In this document: positions 29,370-40,569 of the stretch, one piece after another | How positions within the stretch are numbered: position 1 is the first letter of the stretch | Layout: each line of letters opens with the position of its first letter | Source: a virus | Lineage: Duplodnaviria; Caudoviricetes | DNA: 64,000 nt | Virus record (IMG/VR): IMGVR_UViG_3300031775_000001 | Span: 1-64,000 of that record | Direction: 5' to 3' (one strand) | Translations under genes and position numbers: made by a program | Notes under the pieces: generated by a model | The model's input: the letters and a program-made list of their open reading frames with translations, nothing else | Told to the model about the DNA's origin: nothing | Databases searched by the model: none

Positions 29370-29390
29370 TGTATTATAGGTTAATATTTA

Positions 29391-30155
29391 TTATTTAGAC
29401 ATTTCAAGTGCGAAATCAACTTGATCGTTCCATTCTTTTATTTCTTCTAAAGCTATTTCTTCTGCCCTCTTAACTTTTACTTCGGGAGGTTGGAAAGGAT
29501 GATAATCATGGTAAAGAGAGTAGACATCACAAAGCCTATCTTTTATTTTAAAAGGAAAATTTTGAGCTATGTTGTCGCACCTTGTGCGAACTCCAATACA
29601 ATGAGCGAAAAGCCTTTTGCTTATTTTACCATTATGTAATTTTTTTGCATAAAACTTCATTATTTTATGATTAGCGCCCTTTATGTAAGTAGCTTCCTTG
29701 TTTTTTGACCATGAAGTTCCTTCGTTACCCTTGATTTTGGAGCATGATGGTTTTTCCTTTTTAGTATGATCTGCAACCTTACCCCCTTTGACATCAAAAT
29801 AATAATTAGTTGACATGATAAGTCTGCCCTCTAGGTCTTCAAGAAGGTCAACCCCCACTCCATCATCTTCGCCTTGGGCATAATAATAATAAATAGTTTT
29901 TACTTGTTTATTTTCCAAACAAGCGGTTTGAATATAATACTCGTAATACCTGCCATTTGGCAAGTCTCTGTATGCAAAAGTAGAGGTATTCCGATCAAGC
30001 AAAGTGATAGCTTTGCCCCTCTCTTTTTTTATTCCTCTTGAGTTGTGGAGGTTGGGGCGAGAACTGCAAAGGTATAAACGATGACCGGCATCTCTGGCAC
30101 TCCAACGAAACTTATGAGTCTTCGATCTTTTTAACTTATTTGACAAGTCTTTCAT
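29391..30155 (-). CDS. basic hypothetical protein (254 aa)
   Basis: Long ORF; no family recognised. Confidence 0.6.
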   Translation of the reverse strand: MKDLSNKLKRSKTHKFRWSARDAGHRLYLCSSRPNLHNSRGIKKERGKAITLLDRNTSTFAYRDLPNGRYYEYYIQTACLENKQVKTIYYYYAQGEDDGVGVDLLEDLEGRLIMSTNYYFDVKGGKVADHTKKEKPSCSKIKGNEGTSWSKNKEATYIKGANHKIMKFYAKKLHNGKISKRLFAHCIGVRTRCDNIAQNFPFKIKDRLCDVYSLYHDYHPFQPPEVKVKRAEEIALEEIKEWNDQVDFALEMSK

Positions 30156-30343
30156 CCTCTGCCTAATACTCTAGCTTTTTCGGATTCGGGTATAGTTCCA
30201 TCATGGACATATCCCGAAGCATCTTCGGCTTTCTTTAGCCCAAGAGGACGAACTATCCAATAAACAATTTCGCTCAAAGGATGAGCAACCATATTGTGAA
30301 TAAACCAATTTTTATATAACTTTTTCATGAAGTGATTGATATT

Positions 30344-30646
30344 TTATTCATCTAACAATTTATCTAAGTCGTCTATGTCAATAGACTCCAACTTTTCATT
30401 AGGGTCAAACAAATCTTTGAACTCTATTTTGTCTTTTTCTAAAACCAAGATGTTATCCATTTTATTTGAGCCTTGATGTTTCTTTGCGTCACCAAGCATA
30501 AGTTCTAGGGATTTAGTGATCTCATCTACGCTTTCTCCGATAACATCGGGGTTTTCAGAATGAAGGGCTATTTCGCCTTTTTCATTATAGAAGACTTCGT
30601 GTAAACCATAAGTATCACCATCTTTGATTATCCTATAATTCCACAT
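30344..30646 (-). CDS. hypothetical phage protein (MWNYRII...YGLHEVFY motif)
   Basis: Motif pattern of a common phage family. Confidence 0.7.
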   Translation of the reverse strand: MWNYRIIKDGDTYGLHEVFYNEKGEIALHSENPDVIGESVDEITKSLELMLGDAKKHQGSNKMDNILVLEKDKIEFKDLFDPNEKLESIDIDDLDKLLDE

Positions 30647-30955
30647 CTTAATCCTCGAATTCTGTTATAATTAGACTTCCGTCAGAATTTTCTGATACTT
30701 TCCCTTTCGAGCTTCTATAGTAATAATCATCTCGATTGTCCTTTGTAGGGGTTTCTGCCGACATCATTTCGGTTTTTTCTTCTAAATCTGGAAACCACTC
30801 CCCTTCAGCACCCACAAAGTAATCGTCAACGGAACTAGGGTGGAATCCAACGGAGACCATCATACCTTTAATGATGCTGACCATCTCTGCGATGTCTTGA
30901 TCGTCCCTCTCTGTCTCGTAAGAGGTTGTATTGCCATAGTGTGTTATTGATATTT

Positions 30956-31123
30956 TCATTTTTCCCAATTTATTTTATCGTAATTTTTTTTAAAAACAAG
31001 AGATATATTCCGGGGGGAATCTCCCTTGCCATTTCTTGATGCAGTTTTCTTGCTACCCGATTCTTTTTTATTCCCCGATTCTTTTTTGCTAGGAGGAGAA
31101 ACTTTCTTTTCTTTCTTTTCCAT
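30956..31123 (-). CDS. small basic protein (55 aa; GKGDSPRN...NYDKINW), below the ORF-track cutoff
   Basis: Translated by hand; its TGA overlaps the ATG of the next gene (ATGA). Confidence 0.6.
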   Translation of the reverse strand: MEKKEKKVSPPSKKESGNKKESGSKKTASRNGKGDSPRNISLVFKKNYDKINWEK

Positions 31124-31154
31124 AAGATAATCTTAAGTCTAGTATTAAGGGTCG

Positions 31155-31188
31155 TAAAGCCTCCCGATAGAAGAATCGGGAGGCTTTA
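31155..31188. terminator. intrinsic terminator-like hairpin (perfect 14-bp stem)
   Basis: TAAAGCCTCCCGAT-agaaga-ATCGGGAGGCTTTA just after the stop of 31203..32270. Confidence 0.8.
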
Positions 31189-31202
31189 ACAAATTCCCTT
31201 TC

Positions 31203-32270
31203 TCAGCTATACTTCTCAATTAGTTCGATTTTATCGTAGGTCTCGAAAAAGTGCTTTCGCACAAGATGGTAGTCCTGCTTTTTCTGACCCGTACCACTAT
31301 CTACAACCGGAGCATTATAAAGAGCCAATGCGAGATTATTAAAGTCTGCCTTTTCTTTTTCCTTAGTAGTTTCCAAGAGTAAATTTTTAGCTTCATCTGG
31401 ATACAATTTGAGGAGTTCTACAAAAGCACAAGACATCCCTTTTCTGGATAGCGACCTATGATTCTTAGGGTGTGTTTCCGAATCGGGCAAAACACTAGCG
31501 ACATACTTGATTTGGGATTCATACTTATTATAAGCCAATCGTGAAGAAGAAGTGGAAACACCCTTCCCCCATTGAATAGAAACCTTTCCTGTCTTTTTGC
31601 AATTTCTTTCTCTGGCTAATTCTACTTTGGCTAAATTTTCCGCAATTTCATTCACTTCCCTATCGGAACAAACACCATCAAGAGAATTGATATGATTAAA
31701 GGTTCTCTTTCTTCCTGTATCAATTTGAACCTTATGGTCAGACGAAACACCCAATTTAAATTCAACTGGAATTTTGAGGTCTTTATTATTCTTTAAAGCC
31801 CTCTTTAAAGCCCTTAAAGCCCCTTCTCCCCTATGTTGCATATCAGCCAGAGTTCCATCTTCTTCAAAATCTCCAGAACTGACGCTGGATTCCCAGTTGC
31901 CATCATACATATCTTTGGCATATTTGGCAACATAAGCCATATTCAATGGTCTATTACTAATATTCCATCCCCCTTCTGAGGCATCGGTACTCACAAGCCT
32001 CTCAAGCAGATGAATATCATGGGAACTTGTTGTGAAAATGTAATTTACGCAAGACAAGTATACACATGAAGCGAAAGGATTTCCTTCCAAGTCTGTCGTG
32101 TCGAAATTACGAATTCTTTCTGATGCTTCGGCTTCCAAAATGGCAGTCACCACTTTATTTGAAAACCTTGACTGTTCATCGGTACTTAATGTTTCATTAA
32201 GACAGTTCTCTACTGATTTAAGAATCGCAGACGATTCTGAGTTGTTACTCATTGCATTTGTATCGCTCAT
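31203..32270 (-). CDS. ParB/sulfiredoxin-like N-domain protein (355 aa)
   Basis: NRPLN...VAKYAKDM..G.W and DGTLADMQHR (DGQHR-like) motifs. Confidence 0.6.
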   Translation of the reverse strand: MSDTNAMSNNSESSAILKSVENCLNETLSTDEQSRFSNKVVTAILEAEASERIRNFDTTDLEGNPFASCVYLSCVNYIFTTSSHDIHLLERLVSTDASEGGWNISNRPLNMAYVAKYAKDMYDGNWESSVSSGDFEEDGTLADMQHRGEGALRALKRALKNNKDLKIPVEFKLGVSSDHKVQIDTGRKRTFNHINSLDGVCSDREVNEIAENLAKVELARERNCKKTGKVSIQWGKGVSTSSSRLAYNKYESQIKYVASVLPDSETHPKNHRSLSRKGMSCAFVELLKLYPDEAKNLLLETTKEKEKADFNNLALALYNAPVVDSGTGQKKQDYHLVRKHFFETYDKIELIEKYS

Positions 32271-32350
32271 AATTAATTATATTTTGTTTTAAAATTGGCG
32301 TAATTGCCATTATTCTTATATTATCTTACATAAAGTAAGAGAAGTCAAGT

Positions 32351-32533
32351 TTATTTCGTAATTTTTTCTTCTAATTCTGCATTTAGATAATCTTTATGAG
32401 TCATTTCGCAAAGATTACCATCTATTGCTGTTCCACCTTCTTCTTCAAGAATGGCTCTGGCTTCATCTTCTGATTTAGCCTCGACCTCATAAATGTAAGT
32501 GGCGGGAACTGAAAAAATATATATATCAGTCAT
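32351..32533 (-). CDS. DpnD/PcfM-like small protein
   Basis: YIFSVPATYIYEVEAKSEDEARAIL. Confidence 0.6.
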   Translation of the reverse strand: MTDIYIFSVPATYIYEVEAKSEDEARAILEEEGGTAIDGNLCEMTHKDYLNAELEEKITK

Positions 32534-33519
32534 GGAATTTCACATCTCCATTTTTATAAGTAAACAAACTAACCATGTGGTCAGTATTGATTCTCGCAAA
32601 CTCCTTATCATCTAATTCAACCGCATAAGCGGAGCAGTTCCACTCCATTGGCTCGTCTTCTTCCCTCCACTCATCATTGCCGAAATTAGCCTCGCTTACA
32701 TTAATGTCAACACGATCATTGAAAGCCAACCAAGCGTCATAAGGGTCTGTATGGTCAAACTCAATGTCAGGATCAGTCTCAACCATTTTAATATGAGTTA
32801 AAGCCTCATCAATGATCTTTAATTTTTCTTCATTCTTTAATTTTAGTAACATTATTATATTATCCCCCATTCCTTTTTCTTTTGTTCTCTCTCTTCGTCA
32901 GTATAATTATCCCATTCTTCTTGAGTCTTCTCCTCGCACCCTGCTAGAGTATCCTCTCCGAAGTCTTCTACAGACCTACCTTCGGGCATTAAGGATTGAA
33001 TGGTTTCCAAAACCTTCTTTCCCACAATATCGTGAACTGCCCCGAAATCATAAGTCCACATATCTTTGTCGCTACCATAACCAAATTGAATATTAATGTA
33101 GCAATCGTCAATGAAGTCGGTTCTATTTGTTACAGGGCATCTAGGAACGCCATCATCGCTTATTAGGGTGTCTTTGTATTTCGTCATTTTCAAAAATCCA
33201 TTCGTAAATTTTTATTCCAATATAATAACCTATGCAAAATGCAACGATATAATCCACATAAACTATTCGCCACGATGTACTTCTGCACTATTGATAACTT
33301 CGCTAAAGTCTTCCCAATCATCGGAATACGGATTTTTTCTTTCTATAGAAATTAATTCTATATCCCAATTTTTATGTTCAATCATTTCTTTCTGAAATTC
33401 CAATGCTTGCTCTGCTGATTCGCAATTATAGTAATGATAATTGGTCATGATAGAATCTTCGGAACTATACTTTATCCGAAAATCATAGAGTCTAGGGGTT
33501 TTGTTTTTCTTGCTTTTTT

Positions 33520-33837
33520 TCATCCGCACTCCTTTTCAAAATCTGATTTAATCAAAAAATCTTTCACGGACTCTTCTACTAATTCATTAAAGGTTATACC
33601 CTTTTCATGGGCGTATGTCATATATCTTAAAAGCTCATCATCACTAAAGTCAAGTTCAATAGTTGAATATTTCGATTTCAGATCTTTCTTTATCGTGAAG
33701 CTACCATTTTTATTGTCAATAAACTTAAGATTATCTCCTTTTTTACAACCTATAGATTCAAGAAGATCACTATGCAACTCAAAGCATAGTTCACCCCCTG
33801 AATTCTCTAGTATTTCAACTATAGAATGAACTTTCAT
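33520..33837 (-). CDS. AbrB/MazE-like DNA-binding protein
   Basis: ELCFELHSDLLESIGCKKGDNLKF...GSFTIKK pattern. Confidence 0.65.
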   Translation of the reverse strand: MKVHSIVEILENSGGELCFELHSDLLESIGCKKGDNLKFIDNKNGSFTIKKDLKSKYSTIELDFSDDELLRYMTYAHEKGITFNELVEESVKDFLIKSDFEKECG

Positions 33838-34053
33838 TTTAAATTCCCTTGTTTTATTAACTCCTCAAAGGTAGACCACATTTTTTGGTATCTAGTCTCA
33901 TGTAATTGCTTCATCCCGATAAGCATATTCAACAACTCATCTTCTGTTGCAGGTTCGGGAGCATCTCCAACGGCATAAATAACTGTATCAATATCATTCG
34001 GAAATTGAGCCATCTGCCCTATCGCTTCTTCTAAATCATGTCTGTTTTTCATT

Positions 34054-34662
34054 TTATATTACTCTTTCAAAGGATGACTTTTGCCAATCAGCAGGAGAAT
34101 CTTTCCCTAGATCATCATATTTCACTATATAGCATTCAATCATAGAGTCAAGGAAAATATCTTCTATTATCGCTTTTATTATCTTCCAGTTGCCTCCTGC
34201 AAGCCCACAGGAGATGCCGTAAGGCAAGCCTACCACTTGTCGGATATTAAGCTCATGTTGGTTGAAAAGCAAGTCTTCTTGCATTGCTTTCAATGCTTTC
34301 CAGAAATATTCATAGTTGACTTGCCTCTCCTTTGTTGAATATCCCGATTGGGTGTAGAGATTATAGATGGTTGCATGAGGCAAATGAGTCCATTGAGTCT
34401 CTATCACCGCTTTAGAATAATCTCCTATTTGGCATCTCCAATTCCCGCCATCATTGTATTCATTGCTCCAACGCTCTGCATCCGCTTCAAAGGCTTGAGG
34501 ATAGCGATCCTTTATTTGCTTGGCGATACCTGCACCCATAACATTCTGACAGTTACAAGAGTGTGCAATATTATTTATACCAAGAAAGGTATCCGGATCG
34601 GTTGTACAATGGGTGGGAAAGTCTAAAAGATTTCCACCAATAACTGGAATTTCACTCAACAT
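34054..34662 (-). CDS. macro-domain (ADP-ribose binding/hydrolase) protein
   Basis: GNLLD, IAHSCNCQNVMGAGIAKQIK..YP and LPYGISCGLAGGNW motifs. Confidence 0.88.
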   Translation of the reverse strand: MLSEIPVIGGNLLDFPTHCTTDPDTFLGINNIAHSCNCQNVMGAGIAKQIKDRYPQAFEADAERWSNEYNDGGNWRCQIGDYSKAVIETQWTHLPHATIYNLYTQSGYSTKERQVNYEYFWKALKAMQEDLLFNQHELNIRQVVGLPYGISCGLAGGNWKIIKAIIEDIFLDSMIECYIVKYDDLGKDSPADWQKSSFERVI

Positions 34663-35159
34663 AATACCACTATATTATATAATAAGTGGCGCGTCAAGCT
34701 TTTTATTTAAGAATACTTAATCAAAATAAAATAGTTAAGACGAATCCTAGCGCCTTGCAAACTTTAAGCTCAGGCAAAGAAGCAAACTTAAAAAAACGTT
34801 TACAGGTCTCTTGGGAAAGGAGTTTTCCTCTATAAAGGCTATATTTAGAAGATAAATATTTCATACTTTAATTAAGCTACCAACTATTGATGGTTGTGTT
34901 TTCTCTATTAGATAAATGACTTTCAAGCTCTTGGGATATTTCGGTCAAAGCGGTTATCTTGAACTGATAGGCATGATACATCTTACCTTGAGTTCTTAAT
35001 TTGCCTTGTCTTTCTTTGTATCTTTCAATAGCTTGGGAAATAATTTCCCTATCAAACCTACCTTTATAAGACCAACCTAAGTCAAAACCTCGGCGCAAAC
35101 CTTTTTGGTGAGCCTCTTCAAACTCGTTGGATACTCCGTCATCATACATAGGATACTCT

Positions 35160-35666
35160 TTATTTTTGGTTCGATTTTACAATTTCTTTAGCCACATTAG
35201 CCTCATGCCAGTCAAATACTTCTACTGTTTTATTATTTAAATCCTTATAGTGAGCAAAAAAGTTTTGGCATATTTTTAAAAAGTTAGGATCAATGTCAGC
35301 TAATGACCTATATTCTTTAATATGAGAAATTGGAGTGGCTAATATCTTGTAATCTTTAAAGCCCTCGTCCTCCATATCAAGGACGCCAATAACTCTGGAC
35401 TCCACTAAAGTTCCTGTATTTATTGGTGTCGCATTATATATCATAACATCTAGCGCGTCTCCGTCTTCTGCTAAGGTTTGAGGTATAAAACCATAACTCG
35501 CAGGGTAGACCATAGCGCTCAGCAGACTTCTATCATAAGTAAAAACTCCTAGTTCGGAGCTATATTCATATTTTACATTAGTATCTTTCGGTATCTCAAT
35601 AATCGCATTAACTCTCTGAGGGCTTTGAGGGTGGGAGGGGATATTATATAAATTCATTTCTTCCAT
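35160..35666 (-). CDS. ppa: family I inorganic pyrophosphatase
   Basis: IEIP...KYEY, DR, YPASYGFIPQTLAEDGDALDV and DEGFKDYKIL motifs. Confidence 0.93.
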   Translation of the reverse strand: MEEMNLYNIPSHPQSPQRVNAIIEIPKDTNVKYEYSSELGVFTYDRSLLSAMVYPASYGFIPQTLAEDGDALDVMIYNATPINTGTLVESRVIGVLDMEDEGFKDYKILATPISHIKEYRSLADIDPNFLKICQNFFAHYKDLNNKTVEVFDWHEANVAKEIVKSNQK

Positions 35667-35986
35667 AAACTACAAATTATATCATAAGTAAAGCATAGAA
35701 ACACTACAACTGCAACATAAAAAAAAGGATCAGAGATTATTGAGTTATGTAGATTCATCCCCCGGTTTCCAATTTATGCACCATTTGTAACTCCGAACCT
35801 CTGTTATACTGCTCTTTTTGTCCTTCGGCAAGGCAGATGCGGTAGATTTAAGGTTGGTTTGTAATGTGTCTATAAGCACATATAGCTCGTTTATTTGTTT
35901 TTTTAATTCGTGTATTTCTAAGTCTTTATTTTTCATGTTGAGAGTATTAATTAATCGCTCTCTTTTAATACACCCTAAACTAAAGC

Positions 35987-36379
35987 CTAAGACCTTTCAT
36001 AATCATCTTCTATTCTTGTAATATCATCCTCGCCAAAGTAAGACCCTGTTTGAACTTCTATAAGAATCATGTCACTACTAGTGCTTGGATTAGCCATCCG
36101 ATGCTTATCGCCAAGAGCTATCAGCACAGTCTCTCCTTCATGGTAATTTCTTGTTACATCATTTAATGTAACCTTTGCCACTCCCTTTACTACAGTCCAA
36201 GCTTCTCGGCGTTTGTTATGATATTGATAACTGAGCCTTTGTTTCGGTTTTACGCATATTATTTTTACCTTACAGTATTCTTCGTCTAATAAGACTTCGT
36301 AATGACCCCAAGGTTTATTTCCAATCATTGTTCTTTTGAATGTATTAGAAATAGATTCTCGTTCATTGTTTTCGTTCAT
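35987..36379 (-). CDS. mannose-6-phosphate isomerase type II-like cupin
   Basis: KPWGHYEVL, VKPKQRLSYQYH, EVQTGSYFGEDDITRIEDDYER. Confidence 0.85.
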   Translation of the reverse strand: MNENNERESISNTFKRTMIGNKPWGHYEVLLDEEYCKVKIICVKPKQRLSYQYHNKRREAWTVVKGVAKVTLNDVTRNYHEGETVLIALGDKHRMANPSTSSDMILIEVQTGSYFGEDDITRIEDDYERS

Positions 36380-37083
36380 TATCGCATTATTGTAAAAGGT
36401 CTATATTGAATGTCAAGGCAAAATTTCAGGATGATAACGGGAAATTATTTCACGAAAAATATGAGCAAGCATTTTATCATTCTCTAACTTAAAATTATTA
36501 TTACAAGGGCTTTCGTATGCCACCTCGATACCGGCATCCATCAACTTTCCCAAAGAATCAAAATTAGAAATGATTTCGTTTTTAGTGATATTGGAATAAA
36601 AAGATATATTTATTTCCTGTTCTTTTTTTATTAAAATTATAATCCTAGCATCTTTATTTGGCTCAAAAGATTTTGATATTAAATTATTCCATATATTCAA
36701 ACATAAAAAATCTATAGATTGAATTTTTGAAAGAGATTCCTCCTTGTAGTATTCTTTGTATAAAATATTAAATACTGGCTTATACCTGCATTCCTTGATT
36801 AAATCACGAAGGGTCATCACGATTTAATGTATATAGAAAAGACCTGTAATTCTCAATCGTTACGGAAATTTCTAACCCCGAAGAAATGTCTTCGCATAAA
36901 TCAATATATAAATCTCCCTGCCGGATGATTTCTTTGATCGTAGAAATATACGCCTTATTTAAGCCCCTAACCTTTTCTGGGTAATATTCCGTGGGATGTC
37001 TTTTTAGGTCTTGGCGAATAAGCCTAGCTCTAGTTATTCCTTCTTGAATGGCGTCATAATGAAGTTGTATGTTCACCAACTAC

Positions 37084-37090
37084 ATTACAC
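37084..37090 (-). promoter_or_regulatory. candidate phage-sigma promoter motif GTGTAAT
   Basis: A few nt upstream of the start of 36804..37079. Confidence 0.35.
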
Positions 37091-38070
37091 ATTAAATACC
37101 ATTACCAAATAATTCATCCCGAACCAAAGAAAAAGAATTAAAGTCAGGGATTATTATATGTTTGTCATTTTTTAATACAATTTTAAAAATTGATTTTGAG
37201 GAATTATCTGGACAATTTTGCTTTAAATATGCAATATTATTTTTATTTATATAATAAATTTCTCCAATATTGTCTGTAATCTTTATGAAATCCGAATTAT
37301 TCATTATCTAGATATTCTCCTATACTTAATATCATTTTTTCTTTGTTATGTTTGTGCTTGTGGAGCAACTTTAAAATGCTTTTCTTTAATGAATGTAAAG
37401 GTTTTCTCTTAATTCTTCTATTCTTTGGAATGCTATAAGGGTTTTCTGAATAGAAGTCCAATATTTCCCCTATGACATTAATATGCTTTTTATAAAATTC
37501 CAAGAGATTATCACTTATCTTGTTAATGCTAGAAATTAATTCTTCCTTATTTACGGGAGTATTTCCCTCATCGTATTCGCCCAATAAACTTTCTATCTCC
37601 TTAATTTGTTCTAAAGGGAGAGACTTAGAAAATTCCGGGTCTTTTTGCATTAATATAAAACTATCAATAACAGGCTGAATAAAATATTGTTGGGTTCTAC
37701 CGCACAAGAATTCATACTCCCCTTCAAGGGTTTTAATATTATTTGCATAAAAATCAAAAGTATTCCACAACAATTCAACCTGATCTTCTTTTTTCATTCC
37801 AATTAAAATGCTCCATGAATTACTGCCGAATCTGATTCGCAAAAGCCCCAATTATCCTGATCTAGAGAATGAAAAGATTGGTATCTTGCATCTATATTAT
37901 AACAAAAATCGCTCAAAGTAGTATCTTCTAAGTTGTGCTTCTCCATATATTCCGACACTCCTTCTGCTATGATCTTGGCTCTAAAGGGGTCTCCATCCAA
38001 TTTTAAGTGATGTTCTGATATTGTAATATGATCTATTTTCATAATATTTTTTGGTTTTGGAAATAACTTT

Positions 38071-38490
38071 TTACCACCAAGAATTATAGTAAACCTTTTG
38101 CCCATCAGTAATTGCTTCTCTTGCCTCTCTGATGAACTCTAGGTCAGTTTCCTTGTGGAAATAGTTATTACCCTCATAAGGCTTGCCATCTTCGTTTTCC
38201 CAATCGAAAGAATCATCTCCAAAAAAGAACCCACCTGTTTCGGGCATAGTCTTGTTTGATACATGAGCCTCAAGTTGCTCAAGGTCTGACAAAGTAATCT
38301 CCAACTCAACGCAATTGAAATCTCCCATTGCTTGAGAATCAGCTTCCTCGAAGTTAGGTCTGCCCTTGTCCTCCCAAAGTTGTTCCATCCAACCTTGAAG
38401 CCGGTTGTGTTTTCTCCATTCGGAGATAGTTATGTTGCTCTCACTATCTTCATCTGGCAATCTCCTATATGCGTATTGATCTAACCCCAT
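38071..38490 (-). CDS. hypothetical phage protein (MGLDQYAY...WRKHNRLQGWM motif)
   Basis: Motif pattern of a common phage family. Confidence 0.75.
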   Translation of the reverse strand: MGLDQYAYRRLPDEDSESNITISEWRKHNRLQGWMEQLWEDKGRPNFEEADSQAMGDFNCVELEITLSDLEQLEAHVSNKTMPETGGFFFGDDSFDWENEDGKPYEGNNYFHKETDLEFIREAREAITDGQKVYYNSWW

Positions 38491-39011
38491 GACATTTCCT
38501 CCTTGCTAGTAAATTTTTCTTCATTATCTATCTCGTCTTCCCATCGTTTGGCATTTAACCATGAACTTGCATGAGGAATGAATCTCCTCTCTTGCCCACC
38601 CCAAAATTCTAAATGATCTTCTAATACAGAAAAAATATCATCTATTTCTTTTTTGGTCAATCTTAAAAACGCCATCCTGCTTTTTTGCTTGGACTTTTTT
38701 AAGGGATAGTCTCGCCAAAACCTATCGAAACTCTCCTCTTTAGAATTTTGGGGAATATCATCAGAACCGGAGTGGTCTGGTTCAAGGATGGAAAGCAAAT
38801 ATTTATTCCTGCTAACACCCCTTTCTTTCGCTAAGTTCATCCATTTCTTGGACAACTCAGTAGGAACGCTAATTCTTACTATGCTCATATTTTTTTTGAT
38901 TTTATTCATAACTACGCTTCTGTTTGGTTTCTTTAAAAGTTCTAGTATTGTGGTGAATGTAAACCTTATTGCCGTATTGGTCAAGAGTATTATTGCAAAC
39001 TGCATAACCAA
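38481..39011 (-). CDS. DNA-binding protein: RHH/CopG-like N-part plus replication-initiator-like C-part
   Basis: VRISVPTELSKKW..LAKERGVSRN, then FDRFWRDYPLKK and IPHASSWLNAKRWEDE. Confidence 0.6.
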   Translation of the reverse strand: MVMQFAIILLTNTAIRFTFTTILELLKKPNRSVVMNKIKKNMSIVRISVPTELSKKWMNLAKERGVSRNKYLLSILEPDHSGSDDIPQNSKEESFDRFWRDYPLKKSKQKSRMAFLRLTKKEIDDIFSVLEDHLEFWGGQERRFIPHASSWLNAKRWEDEIDNEEKFTSKEEMSWG

Positions 39012-39641
39012 GTTTACGCAATGCCTCTAAATTAGTAGAGGTGTAAACAGTTTGACCTGTTAATTCCGCAAGGTGTTTGGTGTGAGGATGACTGGTGATC
39101 TCCCATCTTCGATCCAAAGTTTCATGGCAAAGACCATCAACTGGAGTGACCAGAATTTCATCAACCATGTATGATTTTAAATCCATTATTATTTTCTTGC
39201 ACTTAAATTGCCACTCCACCAAGATGGCTTAACCATAACTTCTCCACCTCTGACCTTGACCAATCGTCTTGGTGCATCATTCAAAACATATTGTTTGTTA
39301 TGTTCTTTGGCGGTTTTCGGCTGAAAGAAATATCTTTTTGAAGCATCTATTTCCTCATCGTTAGTTGAGGTCAACTTGTACTCGTAATATTTTATTGTAT
39401 CACTCATTGTTAATCAGTATCATATCTCATTGTTAATACTATTACAATACTTAAGGAACTCAAAGGAGTCAAGAAAATAATGAGAAACAATTAAGAATTA
39501 TCAATTTTTTCTTCCAATAAAGAGGAAATGAATTCTTCTGACTTTTGAAATACTTCCGGGTGATATTCCTTCACCCACTCTAGAACCCATTCGCGGACAT
39601 AAGAGTTCACTACTTCCTCTTTTGATAAGTCTAAACGGTAT

Positions 39642-39953
39642 TTATTTAACTCTTGATTGTTTTCTATTTTCTTCTGATTCATTCCCATAGTAAGGCATTA
39701 ACCATCCCAAATGAATATCTTCTGCGGAAACAGGCTTAATATTCTCCGCTCCTATTTTATTAACGAAATAAACAATTTCTTTTTGATTTAAATCTACCCT
39801 CTTGCCGTTAACCCAAACAACATAAGCCCTTCTTCCATTTATATCAAAAGGAGGAGGAATGCTATTTATTTCAATCATTGCGTTTTCTGGAAAATTACTA
39901 CCAGAAAAACAAGAAGAACAAAACAAGCAAAGTAGAAAATATGAAGATCTCAT
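39642..39953 (-). CDS. putative lipoprotein/exported protein
   Basis: Hydrophobic N-terminus with LFCSSC lipobox-like motif. Confidence 0.45.
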   Translation of the reverse strand: MRSSYFLLCLFCSSCFSGSNFPENAMIEINSIPPPFDINGRRAYVVWVNGKRVDLNQKEIVYFVNKIGAENIKPVSAEDIHLGWLMPYYGNESEENRKQSRVK

Positions 39954-40400
39954 TTTATTTCTTTTTCTTCAATTTCTCTTCTATAACTTCTATTAACTTT
40001 TCCATCTTCTTTTTAGGCAATCTTTTATACCCTAATAGGAAGTCAATTATTTTATCTACAGATTTTTCTCCAAAAACCAACTCATCATTAAACGCTTTTC
40101 CTTTTGACAATACCTCCCAGCAGTATCTAATCCTATCCCTCCAAGATAAAGGTCGATTAGAAAGCCCGGAACTCCAGTAGGAAAAATAATACAGGCGATC
40201 TTCTACATCATAATCAATGCCCATCCCTTCTCCTTGGCATTCGCATTTAATAAATATTGACCTGTCTTTATTTTCATTCATTATTTTTGCCTCCCATAAC
40301 TGTTCTTAGTACATTCATTATAAATAAATAAAAAACAAAGTCAAGATTAATCGACAAGGGTTGTCTCGTTATCCTCTATATTTTGGAAATTGATCAAGTA

Positions 40401-40569
40401 GTTTCGTTCTCCCTCCTTATTTGAAGGAGTGGAAACCCATTACTGGCAATGGATTGCCTCTCAATTAGTTTCGCTCCCCTTCGTATTTGAAGGAGTGGAA
40501 ACCAGAGGAGTACTGCATCAGCATTTCCTATGCGTTTCGCTCCCCTTCGTATTTGAAGGAGTGGAAACC
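40401..40569 (-). CRISPR. CRISPR mini-array: 3 repeats (36 nt; distal one degenerate, 37 nt) and 2 spacers of 30 nt
   Basis: Repeats at 40534-40569 and 40468-40503 are identical (minus: GGTTTCCACTCCTTCAAATACGAAGGGGAGCGAAAC); 40401-40437 is degenerate. The repeat is palindromic and ends in GAAAC. Confidence 0.9.

Noticed and set aside
40438-40533. Self-targeting of this window by the spacers
   Set aside because: Only matches of about 10 nt or less were noticed by eye; a computational search of the whole genome is still needed.
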